From: Octopus sinensis
Lineage: Eukaryota
DNA: 64,000 nucleotides
Assembly (NCBI RefSeq): GCF_006345805.1
Contig: NC_042998.1
Coordinates: 90,954,001 to 91,018,000, forward strand
Direction of reading: 5' to 3'
Part shown: positions 14,101 through 28,300 of the stretch, in pieces
Numbering within the stretch: position 1 is the stretch's first letter
Layout: each line of letters starts with the position of its first letter
Notes under the pieces: generated by a model
The model's database searches: none
The model's input: only the letters and a program-made list of their open reading frames with translations
What the model was told of the DNA's origin: nothing
Translations under genes and position numbers: made by a program

Positions 14101-17100
14101 CCTTGAGTATTGCGTGAGGCTATGTATGACCTTGAGGGGACGTGCATATAAAATGTGCAGTGTGCTCATTAATAAATGACAGTTGTTTGTTTGGTTTCTG
14201 GTGTGTGTCTTTGTTCTCTCTGGGCTGAGTAGGGACTGACTGGGGGCTAGCAAGGTAGGCATGCCGTTACAAGTTAATATTTTCTTCACAAAAATGTTTA
14301 CTGCTTTACACAAGGTAATCTGGCAACGATTTGCTACTTTCATACCCATAATTTTCTTGTGTATATTATTCTTATTAGTATTGATATTATTTTGTATATT
14401 TTTAATTTTTATATTTCTTTATTTCTTGATTGATTAATTTTTTTTACTTTTCCACAAGATTTAATAACATGCCGAAGTGAAACTATGACCCTGCATACAT
14501 AAAGTATGGCTTCATTGCAATCGAATGTGGAAGAGAAGCTCTTCTGCAGTGTGTGGTCTGTATGAAGTCCTTTTCCAATGTGGCCATGAAACCCAGCCTG
14601 CTCAAATGTCATCTTGAGACAAATCACACAGACAAGAAGGACCGAGATCAGAGTTACTTCCAGCAACTTGGCAAGAATGTAAAGCGGCAGCGAATAGACA
14701 AGACTGGCCAGATCTACCAGAAGAGGGCAGGAATTGTGAAAGCTTCCTATGAAGTTGCTCTCCTGGTGGTCAAAAACATGAAGACACATACCATTGCAGA
14801 GTCTCTTGTCATGCCAGCTGCAAAGATCTTGGTCAGGTACATGATTGGAGAGGAGGCTGCGGTGAAGTTGGAGAGTGTTTCCGTCTCTAACAACACTGTA
14901 CAGCACCATATCGAGATGTCAGTCGACATTGCTGATCAAGTGATTGAGGAAGTGAGAGCCTCAAAGTATGGGTTTGCCATTTAACTCTCGAATCAACGAA
15001 CGTCTCCAACTGCTGTCAACTACTTGCCTATGTCCACTTCATGCAGAATAATGCTGTGAAGACTGAGCCACTGCTGAGCCAGGAGCTGTCCAGATGAGCA
15101 GGGGTTCTCAGCTTTACTGGCTACCAAGTTGAAGAGCCAGAACCATCTTGTTGTGCCCAGCCATGATTTCCAATGTGCTGTGAGCAAGGTTATGCCCTGC
15201 ATTGACCAGCTGGTGGAGAAGAAACAGATTCAGCCCTCACATTAAATTGAGTTGTGTTCTTTGTTATTAGTTCATTTGTGTTTTCTACTTGTGATTAAAT
15301 TGATATCTGATTGAATTGAGTTTTTCTGGAACCATTTGGTACTTGGCAGCTATACGAAACCTCCAAGTGGTATGCGATCACAAAAAGGTTGGAAACCACT
15401 GATCTAGAGTCTATAAATTTGAGCCAATGAGTTTTGCCCTCCTGAAAGTAGCATCAAAATTACCTAAGTACTGCTTGTGATTTAATATTATATATTCAAA
15501 ACCGCCGTACAAAGAAAGTTAAGATTTCCAGAAATATTTACAGCAGCTATTTTTATTTTTAGGGCATGAAACGATTCGATGCTAGAAAAGCAGTGACACA
15601 AGCTTTGAAAGATAAAGGCCTCTATGAAGGTTCTGTTGACAACCCCATGGTTGTACCAACATGCAGGTAACGTGGACATATTTTTTACTGTTTTCAAAGC
15701 TACACTTTTATATCAACTAAGGTACAGACATGACTGCATGGTTAAGGAGTTTGCTTCACAACTACATGGTTTTAGTTAGGTCTCACTGCATAGCAATTTT
15801 AGTAAATATCTTCTATAGCTTTGGGCCAATCAGTGATTTGTAATGAATTTGGTGGACAGAAACTGTAGGTAGCTGTCACGTATGTGTGTGTGTATGAGAG
15901 AGGGAGAGAATGTATGTGTAGATGTTAATATCCCATGCTCATCATCATTTGAGTGAAACTAATGATGTTTAAATTCCTTGTTGACATTATGACTGGTTGC
16001 CCTGCTGTTTTGAAGACCTATAGAATAAAAGTAACCCTTACTTGAAAAACAGCTCTGGGTTGGTGACAGGAAGTAAAATCTTGCCTCCTTAAATAACTCC
16101 TTGTTCAATACATGTTACTATGAAATAAACAGATGTTCTATTAACAAACAAAGAAACCAAATTGATGGACTGGAAAGGAGAGGAGTTAAAAATGATTTGG
16201 TATCATGTGACATAGATCCAAGTTCATTTTAGTTACAAAGGAGATTAAAAATTAAAGGTGATATCTCTTAGCTTAGAGGGAAGGGATACCAAGCAATACA
16301 ATCTGGAAATGTTATTAGAATGTGTGAAGCTTTTGAGATGAAGAAATTAATTAGTGATATTGGTAGTTACAGTAAATTCAGGTAACACAAACAAATTGAA
16401 ATTTTTATTGGGTTGGTCTGAAAGAGAAGGGTGTACTTGTGGCCTTCACAGGCCTTTGAAGACAGGAGAGATTGATGTGGTTAACGTTCTTCTTGACAAC
16501 TGCAGGAAAATCACGAGCAGGTCAGGAATTTCAGAAGAGGGGCAGCAGTGTTGATGATAGTACTGTTAGTGTTGGATGTAATGACATCAGCAATTCAATT
16601 AATATACATTAATTATACTTTGCTAATAAAGCTGTAAAAATTTAATGTACATATATCAATATGCTGACAGGTTTGTTTTTTATTGTGTTGCTACCAATAA
16701 TGTATCTATTGAAACTAATTGACACTGAAATAGTCAAGTAAAGTCACAATGTTTTTTATAAATTAAATTCTGATTTTATATTATTCAATTTTCAGTCGTT
16801 CAAAAGATATTATAGAACCCCTTCTAAAACCACAGTGGTATGTTGATCTCAAAGACATGGCTGCTCAAGCTGTTAAAGTAAGTTCCAGTTTCCTTTATGT
16901 TTTGTTTAGTGTACTTCTTACTGCAAAATTGTTTGTAAAGTAATGAAAAAAAGGAACAAAATCCAACAATCAGCTTGTGGGGTCCTAAACAGGAATTGTG
17001 CTACTTTCTAAGGAAAGAATATTTATATTTGCTTAACTTAAGTATTTTTGTTTAATTCTAAAATAAAATACACTTTGTGTGTGTCTCTTTCCCACTTATT

Positions 17101-20100
17101 TTCAACATTTCTCTGTTAAATTGCTTTCCTGTCAAAAAAGAAATGTTATATATTTTGATTTTTCTTTTTAAAAACTTTATTACATTATTTTTATGATATT
17201 GAATATTACAATCAAAATATTTTTTTTTGTAGGATGTCAAAGAAGGCAATCTGAAGATTATACCTGATATGCATAAAAAAACTTGGTATCGTTGGTTAGA
17301 GGATTCAAGGTAATTTGTTTATCTTTCTTCTTACTGTTCCCCTTGTAACTCATTCACTTTTGTGTTAGAGTTCACCTATTATTTAATCTACCTTATATTT
17401 AGTACAGATATTGTGTTTTTGATCAAGAAAAATCACTACATGATTAAATCTACTTAGTTAAATATATTATTTTTAGGAATATTATCCAACTTTAAAATAC
17501 ATGCACTAAAAATTCTAACAAATCCGTATTTTTGTAAGTAACCCATGCCAGTATGTCAAAGTTGTCATAAAAAACAAAAATATTCATTATTCCTTTTAGG
17601 TTTATATTTTGTTTGTTCTTAGGTAGGGCTTCATAAAAATGGGTTAGTGCTGGGCTAGATATTGGTGGTTAATTTGATACCTCAATATTTGCATTCAAAC
17701 CTCCATGGTTTATAAAATAAATAAAACATTGGTAGAGAAATCTCAATCAATCCTTTCTCTTTGACAAAAACAGCCTCTGCTGAAGTAAAAGTAATTTATA
17801 TGATGAGCTGAAAATTAAATGTCAAGATTGTTCAGATAAGAAACAATAGACGGAAACTGTATGTGTATGTGTGTGTGTTTGTGTGTCTGTGTTTGTCCCC
17901 CTAGCATTGCTTGACAACCGATGCTGGTGTGTTTATGTCCCCGACACTTAGCGGTTTGGCAAAAGAAACCGATAGAATAAGTCCTGGGGTCGAGTTGCTC
18001 GATTAAAGGCGGTGCTCCAGCATGACCACAGTCAAATAACTGAAACAAGTAAATAAAAAAAAAAAATTCTAGATTTGTTCCCCTGTTAGAAACAATTAAG
18101 GACAATAGGTTGGCAGAATCATTTGATTATCTGACAAAATGCTTTGTTGCATTTGTTCATTCTCTTTGTTTTCTGAGTTCAAATCCTGCCTTGGGCAACT
18201 TAGCATTTCACCCCTCTGGGGTTAATAAAATAAAATACCAGTTAAGTACTAGGATCTCTTTAATCATCTAAGCTCTTCTCTTGGAATTTCTGGCCTTGTA
18301 CCTGTCAGAAACTGTTTGCTAGTTAATACCTTGTTGAATTTTTTATGGATTAACTTATTTGTCTTATTGAGTGGATTTTAATTGAGACCACCCTTTCCAA
18401 TCCTTGATCCACTCACTGTCATGACCATCTCACTCTCCCTTCTCCTTTTACTCTCTCCCACCTGAGGCTGCCATATTTCCCTCTTTATACAAGTTTCCTT
18501 TGATGTCCCTCAATATTACACCCCACCTTAGTTGAGGGGTCTTGTCTTGCAAGTTACTTGGTGTCCTTACTGCTGCTAGTACCACGTAAAAAGCACCCAA
18601 TATATTCTGTAAATTGTTTGGTGTTAGGAAGGGCACTGGTCTGTAGAAACCATGCCAAAGCAAACAGCAGGGATTGGTGCAGTCTTCTGACTTACCAGTT
18701 CCTGTGGAACCATCCAACCCATGCCAGTATGGGAAAACGATGATGAATTTAGATTTAATCCATTGTAATGACTAGATTTAATAATTATGCTTTTATTTTT
18801 CAGGGATTGGTGCATATCTCGGCAGTTGTGGTGGGGACATAGAATCCCAGCTTATTTTGTCACAGTTAATGATCCCAATGTACCAGAAGGCTTGGTAATT
18901 ATCTCTTGATTTCCCTTCTTTTTAGGCATACTTTTACTGTGTGTTTTTTAATTTATTCTTAGGTGTAGACATGGCTATGAGATTTGTACTTGACTTTAAA
19001 AAAACCCCATAAGTACTGGGGTTGATTTGTTCAGCAAAACTCTTCATGGCAATACCTAAGTGTGGCTGCAGTCCAATGACTGAAACAAGTAGAAGATAAA
19101 AGATAAATGAATTTCTTTTTCAGGTGCAGGCATGGCTGTGTGGTTAAGAAGTTTGCTTCCTAACCATTTGGTTTCAGGTTCAGTCCCATTGAGTGACATT
19201 TTGGCCAACCAAATCTTTGTGAGTGGATTTGGTAAACAGAAACTGAAATAGCCCCATTGTAGACATACGTGTGTACGTGTGTGTGTTTATGCCTTCATGT
19301 CTTGGCATCGCTTTATAATTGTACCCTCCACAATTAGAGCTTGGCACTTTACGCTGCTGTTCTCATCCATATGCATCACATGACCAAACCTGTGTGGTCT
19401 TCTTTCCTGCATACAATGTCTGATGCCTCTTATACACAGTTTTCCTCTTAGATCATTTGTGTGTGTACACTGACATCACCCATCGAGTGGAGTGTGCTAG
19501 CTTCATTTCTTTCAAGCCTTCACAAGTCCTTTGTAGTCAAAGTCCATGTCTCACTTAGCTGTATGTATACATACATAATACAATTTGCCTTTTACTCTGA
19601 GAGAGAGGCCCTTTGTTACCAACAAAGGTAGAAGCTTTCTGGACTTCACCCAGCCTGTTCTTATCTCAACAAGTACACTTTCAGAACTCCCTCCCCACCT
19701 GCTAACTTGCTCCCCTAGATAACAGAAGCTATCTACTACTTCTAATGATCCACATGAGCATTTGAGGGAGCCTGTTGTCTGCATGTTTTTAGTGCTTATT
19801 GTACCTGCACATTTGTGGAAAAGTAGATGTTAAAACGATGGTGGTGGTGTTGATAATTTCTTACATGCACACACACATTGGAAAACTTTTTTTATGCTTG
19901 GTTTTATTGGCTTGTTTATATACTCTGTTTGTCTACTTTAGGGTACTGATGATAAGTACTGGGTGAGCGGTCGCACTGAAGATGAAGCTAAGCAAAATGC
20001 TGCAGAACGTTTCAATGTATCTGTGGAGAAGATTTCTCTTAAACAAGGTAAATAATAACAACAACAACAATAATAATAAATATGATAAGGGTTTCTAACC

Positions 20101-22346
20101 TTGGTCATCCAGATCAAGGGAGTTTGTGTGAGAAAAATTTCCCAAGTCAAACTGGACAAATCATTAAAGCTTCATTTCCATAAATAGAATGAACATTTTT
20201 TGTCCTTTTCATTGCTAAAAATCCCCTTTTGCATGTGGTGTCATATGAGTTTGATCTAAACTTATTTTAAAAGGGTAAAATCAATATGAATTTAACCACT
20301 ATGATATAAAATAATCTGCAAAGAAGTGGGAAAAAATCACAAAATGTAAAAATTAATGCCTATTTAAACCTGAGTATTGAAAAAGTATCTTCAAAGTGAT
20401 CATGTCAAAAATACAGCAGGACTTTCTTTCTAACCTAATATGCATTTATATATGCATGCATGCAGGTGTGTGTGTGTGTGTCTCCTTGCAGTACATGTGA
20501 TTGTTGTAAACAAACATCACTGTCCTATAAGCAGTGCCCATTGTTTCTAGTTCTCAGTGAAAACATACTTGGCCATGGCAAAATATTTACTTGCTTGGAA
20601 ACAGGTGAAGGTAGATGACAGGAAGAAAATCTGCTTTAACAAAACTGCCTAACCCATACAACTTTGGAAAAGTGGATATTAAAATGATGATTTTCACGCA
20701 TGCACACACACACACACACACACATTTGTATTTATGTTTATTACTTTTTATTTTAGATGAAGATGTACTCGACACCTGGTTTTCATCTGGTATTTTCCCA
20801 TTCTCCATATTTGGTTGGCCAGATGAGGTGAGTAACTTCAAGAATTTCAGATAATTTCACCTAAAATTTTTCTTTTCAGATCATACTTATTTTAGTATTT
20901 CTTCATTATTTAAGATAATTGTTTACAATTGTTAAGTTAATGATGCTTTTTTTTTTTTTAATCCCACTTTATATCAGTATCATTCTTTTAATGATCCACT
21001 TGCTAACAACTTTTGTAGCTACTTTAGAGTTTGTTTTCTTTTTAAGTGGCCTTCTGACATTTACCTTTAACCCATGATTTTCCTGCCAGAAAATCTTGTT
21101 AATGCAGCTTTTTTACTGTAGGATATCACATTAGATTATGTCAATGGACAAACTTGTTTTTTTTTTCTCTAAACTCTTAAAGCATCTGAATCTCATTAAA
21201 TTGCATAATTTGTATGAAAACTCTGCATGTTACTGTTTCAAGTCCTCAAACTCATAGGGCTGGCTACTTGGTTTCCATGGTGTATCAGTGACCAAGATAG
21301 TAATATTCCCACTGAATATTATGCCAGTCCATTGCAGGGTTACTTGTTTAGACTGGAGCAACATGAAATGAAGTGTTTTGCTTAAGAACACAGTGCACCA
21401 CCTGGTCTCAGGCTTCATGCCCTCACACTTCCAGGAACAAGCAGCAAATATTGTTTTTACTGCTATGTGATTACTGTAGCATCTGCAAATTTGTTGCAAA
21501 TGTAATATCTCAAAATGAAAAACTGTTTTATTCAATGAAATAAAATTATTAAGAATATCAATGTTTATTTGTTGAAAATTATAATTTTAAGTGAATATTA
21601 TCTTTGCAGACACCTGATCTCCAAGCCTATTATCCTGGTACTTTGTTGGAAACTGGACATGATATCTTGTTCTTCTGGGTTGCTCGTATGGTGATGATGG
21701 GTAATGCACTCCTTGGAAAACTACCATTCAAAGAGGTAATTCAAGAAATTTGTTTTAGTGACTTCAGTATAGTCCAATTGTTTTGATTTTTGTCATATTA
21801 GTAGTACTTTGAAGGGTTATGGAATGGTTAAATACTAGACTAAATTCCTTGCAATATTTAGTTACATTCCTGGGTTAGTCACCAACCATATCTCTCCACA
21901 TAAAATTTGGGCCATTGTGCCAACATTAGAAATCAATATTTATTAGCTTGATTTTTTAGTGAGTGGCTATTGGGGCATTGTTTCTGTTGCACCAAGTTAT
22001 GGGTTAGTCTGTAAATGTGTGGAATCCATTTTATATGTTCTGTTTTAGGTTTTCTGTGAGAACATAATTTAATTCAACTAAAACAGTTATAGATTCCATT
22101 TATAGATAGATGTTATCATCATTGTAATGTCCAATTTTCCATACTTACATGGGTCAAACAGAATTTAGTGTGGTAGATTTTTCTATAACCAGATGCCCTT
22201 CTCAGTGCTATCCCTCACCTGTTTCCAAGCAAGGTGATATTTCCCCATGGCCTGGGATGTTTTTATAGAAGATTGGAAATGAGCAGCTATCATGCAATGC
22301 CAAAACAAAGAAACACAAACACCCACTGACATTGCACACCACCCAA

Positions 22347-22377
<31 letters not shown>

Positions 22378-25300
22378 AAGCTTCTTTCATGTACCAAATC
22401 CACTCACAAGGCTTTGGTTAACCCAGGGTTATAGTAGAAAACACTTATCTGAAGTGCCATGCAGTGGGACTGAATCTGGAAAGCACATGGTTGGGAAGTG
22501 AACTTCTTTAATCACATGGCATACTTCCTGAAAAAGATGCTTTTAATTGATTTCCGCTTTAGCAGCTGAAATCAGGTTGTTGTAACTCTGACATACTGCC
22601 CGATATAAAGCACCACCTCCTGGCTTTTGGATGTCTTTTACAGATTTTTCTCTGTACTAAGCATTCAAACCAGACCCCATTTCCCTTCCTGCTCCTGTAT
22701 TTTCTGCAGACAGTGAGGTAAAGATATTGACTGCATTGATCTTTTCAGTTTAAAAGAGATTGTGAAAGTCATGGGTTGGTACCCTTCTTTCCTAGACTAG
22801 CTTATTGAAAACAAAAGTAAATTTAGCCAACATAAACCATAGTCCATTCATCAGTTTAATTTTTCCTGTTGTTCTTCCAGGTATACCTTCATGCTATGGT
22901 TCGTGATGCTCATGGACGTAAAATGAGCAAATCTCTTGGCAATGTTATTGATCCTTTGGATGTTATTACTGGAATCAGTCTTCAGGTAAACATCATAATA
23001 TAGAATCTTTTATATGTTTGATTTTACAGTCTTAGTTGTATGGATAGTTTCATTTTGAACTGGTAAAGAAATCCTGTAGCTTAAACAAAAAACTAAGTTT
23101 AATATTTTTATTAACAAAGTAAAATATAATAAAATATTACAAGTTGGATTTATTTCTGTAACATCAGACTGACTTGGTAAAGAGTACTATAATCAATTTT
23201 GTGAATCAGTATTCTATCATAATACTATAGCCAATAAAATTATTCAGTATATCCCCAAAAGATCTCTTAATAAATAGTTCATATCCTCATCTGATATTTT
23301 CCCACTCTGTAAAGTGATTGATGATGAGACAAGTATCCAGTCATAAAGACCAAACCATAATCGAAACTTGAAAATGAAATGTGGTTGTCTGAATCATCAA
23401 AGAGAACAGTAGTTTGAATAAAAACTGACTCAGAATCTGATGACTTGTCCAACAAATGCCAACATTGAAAGTGAACATAAAATGAGGAAAATTTCAAATT
23501 CAATTCACAAATTGGCTATTTGATTGTTATTTTTTATTAAAATTTTTTATATTTCACTGAAAAGCTTGTGTGAATTAACTGTTAAATGTCTTCTAATTCA
23601 GGGTCTCCATGATCGACTGAAAGACAGTAATTTGGAGGAAAAAGAAGTTTCAAAGGCCAAGTCTGGTCAGGTAATTGCTTTATTTTGACACTACACCATG
23701 ATTGCTAAAACAAGTGAAACAACAACTGCAATATGTAAAGAAATGGATTACTCCCCACTCTTCATATATATTGTGTTTGTGTGTGTGTATGAATGAATGT
23801 CACTGACATGTATCATTCATTTCCAATATTCTGCAAGAATATGTCTGGCCTAGGGAAATATTATTTACTTGGGAGCTGGAGAGGCATCCAGCTTTAGAAA
23901 ATCTGCTTCAAAATGTACTCCATCCAGTCATTGAAAACATGGAAAAGTGGATGAGGCTTGTCCATTTCATACATCAATTTATCACTGGACCTGTGAAACA
24001 AGCCCTCTGTTGGGTCTTTTACTACTAATATTGCTATGTCTGAATTTGGTAGATGGTGTGTAGAAGCTTGTCACATGTGTGCATGTCTTTATGTCTGTGT
24101 TTGTCCCACCCACTGCTTGACAATCAGGGTTGGTTTGTTTGCATTGCTGTAACTTAGCAAAAGAGTCCTCTATAATAAGTACCTAAACACTGGGGTTGAT
24201 TTGTTTGACTAAACCCTTCAAAGTAATTTCCTAGCATGGCCATAGTCCATTGACTGAAACAAGTAAAAGATTCAACATAAATTTTTACAAATTATTTCTT
24301 TTAAAATCTACATGATCATTTCTTTTTTTTATATCTTCAGAAAGCTGATTACCCTCAAGGTATTCCTGAATGTGGTACTGATGCTTTAAGGTTTGCCCTT
24401 GTGTCATACACTTCTCAAGGTTAGGAACCATAATTTCTTTTATTTCATTTTGTTTCTTAAATGTTCTTAAATTCTTCATTCAGGATTATTATTTGTTATG
24501 TGCTTCTATTTATTACAAAACAGTTAAGATCTGTGGAATGTCTGTAAAAAGAAATACCTAGTGGTATTTAATTACATACCCATTACATTCTGAATTCAAA
24601 TCCTGCAAAAATAAGCACCAGAAAAAGTACTGGCTTAGTCATAAGCCCATGGACACAGAAACCAATAAAAAGAATAAAAGCATAGTATTTCTCATGTTAT
24701 GCTTTGTATTTGTCTGTCCCTCTACCATTCCACCCTCTCTGTTTGCCTCATATCTATTACTCTCTCTCTCTCTCTCTCATCAACTCTCACTTACTGTTCA
24801 TTGTACTATGCTGCTTGTATAACAAAGAATGGGTCTTTGAATCTGTCTGTATCCAATAATCACTGCTGTTACCCTTCTGTGCTGTTATCCATCATTCCCT
24901 TTTTTTTCAACCATCTCTCTCTTTCTCTTCCCATCATCTGTTTCCTGTGGTATCCATTACTCTGTTTCTTTCTTTTTCCCTCCCTCCCTCTTTGTCACCC
25001 ATCTCTATTACTGTTTATTACCCAATCTCTTTCTCTTATTACCACATATTATTGCTATCCCTTTCTTCGCCTATCTATCACTTGTTATAGACATACACCA
25101 GTCTCTCACTTTCATAATGCTGTCCATCTGCTGCTCATCCTGTGTTTCTGTTCAACAAGCTTTTTACCTGTAATTTTTTTAGCTGTCACCACTGTCTCTC
25201 TTCCATTATTCCTTCCTCTACTCTTCTCTCATTTCTACCTCTTTATTTCTCCTGTCATTCTTCTTCTTTTTTCACCTCTCACTTTGGTTTCCTATTTGTT

Positions 25301-28300
25301 ATCATTGTCTCTTCTATTCACCTTCTCAGTCATGTCATGACCAAATGGAGATAATGCAGAGTAGTGAGGGTTCTTTAGTCTGGCTACATATAAGGCAACA
25401 TCACTAGTGCTGGTGCTACAATAAAATGTAATCTGTACACTGTAAAGTGGTTGGGGAATGAACTGACAATATAGGGGCCAAGAGGACTCTTTAGTCTTGT
25501 CAAGGATACAACTCCTTTTGTGCTGATGCCATGATTATTTGCACCCACTGCACTCTGTAAAGTGGCTGGTATCAAGAAGACCATCCAGTTATAGAAACAT
25601 GATTAGAATGTATGAGTAAGGTGTAGTCTCTGAAAAATCTAGGAGAGCAATAACTTCATATAAGAACTGTATCACACTGTGATGAACCCATCCAACCTAT
25701 GGCAGCATGGAAAGTGGATGTAATAGTCAATGACTATTATTATTATTATAATTATTACTAAGTACTGTGGATTGGAAGAATCACTAGAGCATTGGACAAC
25801 ATTCTTTGTAGTGTTTCTTTTTTTACCCTTCATCCCTCTGAGGGCAATAAAGTAAGGTACTAGTCAAGGACTAGGAGTCAGTGTAATCATCTTGTCTCCT
25901 TCCTACTAGCTAGCAGAATCAGGAACATGTTGGTAAAAATGTTTAGCAACATTTCTTTCCACTCTTTATGTTCTGAGTTCAAATTCTGTTGAAGTTGATT
26001 TTGCCTTTCATCTTCTCCAGGTCAATAAAATAAAGTTACCAATCAAACACTGCCAAAACTAGAAATAATTATATTATTATTATAATTTCCATTGTCTTGA
26101 CATAAAATGGATTTGTCTTAGTGGAAGAATCTAAAACAACATTCATTGTAACTGGTTCTTATTGAACATGAAAGGCTAAAAAAAAAAAATAAACTATAGG
26201 CTAGAGGAGGCATACAACAGTTACTTTGATGAGAATATTGCAGAGAAAGAGTATTATCAAAAAATGTACAAGTTCAAAGAAAAATTCGTTAAATGAAAAA
26301 TTACATTTGAGATTTTTATATCATTTTCAGGGCGCGACATTAATTTAGATGTTTTGAGAGTTCAAGGTTATCGCTTCTTCTGCAATAAACTTTGGAATGT
26401 AACCAAATTTGCATTGTCAGCTCTTGGAGAAAGTTTTGTACCATCACCTGTAAAAGAGGTAATTTTTTTTTTCTGTTTCTCTTTTAATGAATGCATGTGT
26501 GGTTAGGTTCCCTTCACACCCATGTAGTTTCAGGTTCAGTCCCACTGCTTGGCACCTTGGAGCAAGTGTTTTGTACTATACACCCTGATCAGTAATAGAA
26601 GTGAATTTAACGGATGAAAACTGTGCAGAAGTCTCTCATATACATACATATATATATGGTATGGTGTGTGTGTGTGTGCACATATGAATGTATCATTGTG
26701 TTTCTCTCACCACTTGACTGCTGGTGTTGTTTTGTTTACATCCCTGAAATTTAGTGCTTCAGTAAAAAGAGACTAATAGAATAAATACCAAACTTAACCC
26801 TCTCAGATCTGTGTCCCTGCATCTAACTTTACCCTCCACCTGGGCTCTTGAGCTAAAAAATAGTTGTGTATACAGCTCACAAGTAACAATTGCAGCCAAA
26901 CTAATAGACCGCATCAAAAAAAAATCCAGGAGAATAACAATAATAGGCCTTTCTCTCAACTACCATATTTCTTCATTGAAGGCAAACTAATGGACAGAGT
27001 CACAAAAAAAAAAAAAAATTCAGGAGAATAACAGTAATAGGCCTATCTCTCAACTACCATATTTATTCACTCAGATCACTACTTTCCTCATCATTTTTAT
27101 CAGGTTGATTGTCTGAATCACTTTCATTGCTACTTTAAGTGTAAACTCTTCGCCTGAAGAATAAATATCATCAGGTATCAGGAATTTTCTCAACTGCAAA
27201 GAGTCAAGTCTTTGCTCATTTACGAGACAAAGTGCTGGGTTCATCACATGCTATTTTTTTTTATGGGAGACATTTTTTATGGTCTTTCAAAATTAGTGGG
27301 AAGGAAAGGTAAAGCTATTCTCAGATCATAAACCTGGTCTGAAAGCTTGCAACAGAGTTTACTCTGCTAAAGATGACCAAAGTCCAAGTGATGGCATTAA
27401 AATCTGCAAAGGATTCAGTCTACCAGGAGAATTGGGAGAAATTTTTTTCTTGACATTGAAAATTTTTTTCTCTTTTTTTCCCTGTCACTTAATGTGAAGA
27501 TTCAAAAATTTAAAGCTTTGAAATGTAATAAAAACCACTATAAAAAAACAGCTGGACATAGAAGTAAATTGTTTTGTGAAAAAAAATTGCTGAAATTATG
27601 TTGATGTATTCAAAAGAGAGAACATTATAACTGAATGAATATTTGTGAAATTAAGATGAACATAGGCTAGAGAAGACATGGCAGTTACTTTGATGAGAAT
27701 ATTATTAAATGATATATATGCTCTTAGAAAATCTGTAAAATGAAAATTACATTTGAAATTTTTATATATTTTATTTGAAGAATCAAGGAAGTCTTATGGA
27801 CAAATGGATATTGAGTCGTCTTTCAGAAGCTGTTATATTGTCAACATCTGGATTTGAGAATTATGACTTCCCAACTGTTACCACTGCTATTTACAATTTC
27901 TGGTTGTATGAGCTTTGTGATTGGTATGTGGTAAGTAAACTTTGAATTTTATCACTAATTGTTTTTAATTTCTTAATCTGTTATTGAGTGTAGATAGAAA
28001 GCTAGAGTGTTAGCCCTTCACTTTCTATGGAGCATTGGCCATTGATTACTTTTCTCCACTGTTCTGTCTTTGCTGCTTCTCTCATTTTGACCTCTGCTTT
28101 TTCAGCTCTACATCAAAACCCCTCCTCCAACTATTTTTAGGGTGTCCTCTCTTCTGCCTCCTTTATGGGTTTCAGGTCAGAGCATACGTTTCCTTGGGAG
28201 AAGGCCTTCTTCTCCCAGGTCTTGTTGATTTTGAATTGTCATCAATCCTTCTGTAACTTTGCTTTTTTCCAGGTAGGGTGTTGGTCTTATGCAAATCTCT

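Noticed and set aside
24699-25340. 213-aa hydrophobic ORF
   Set aside because: Low-complexity CT-rich intronic sequence giving Leu/Ser/Phe-rich translation; no domain.
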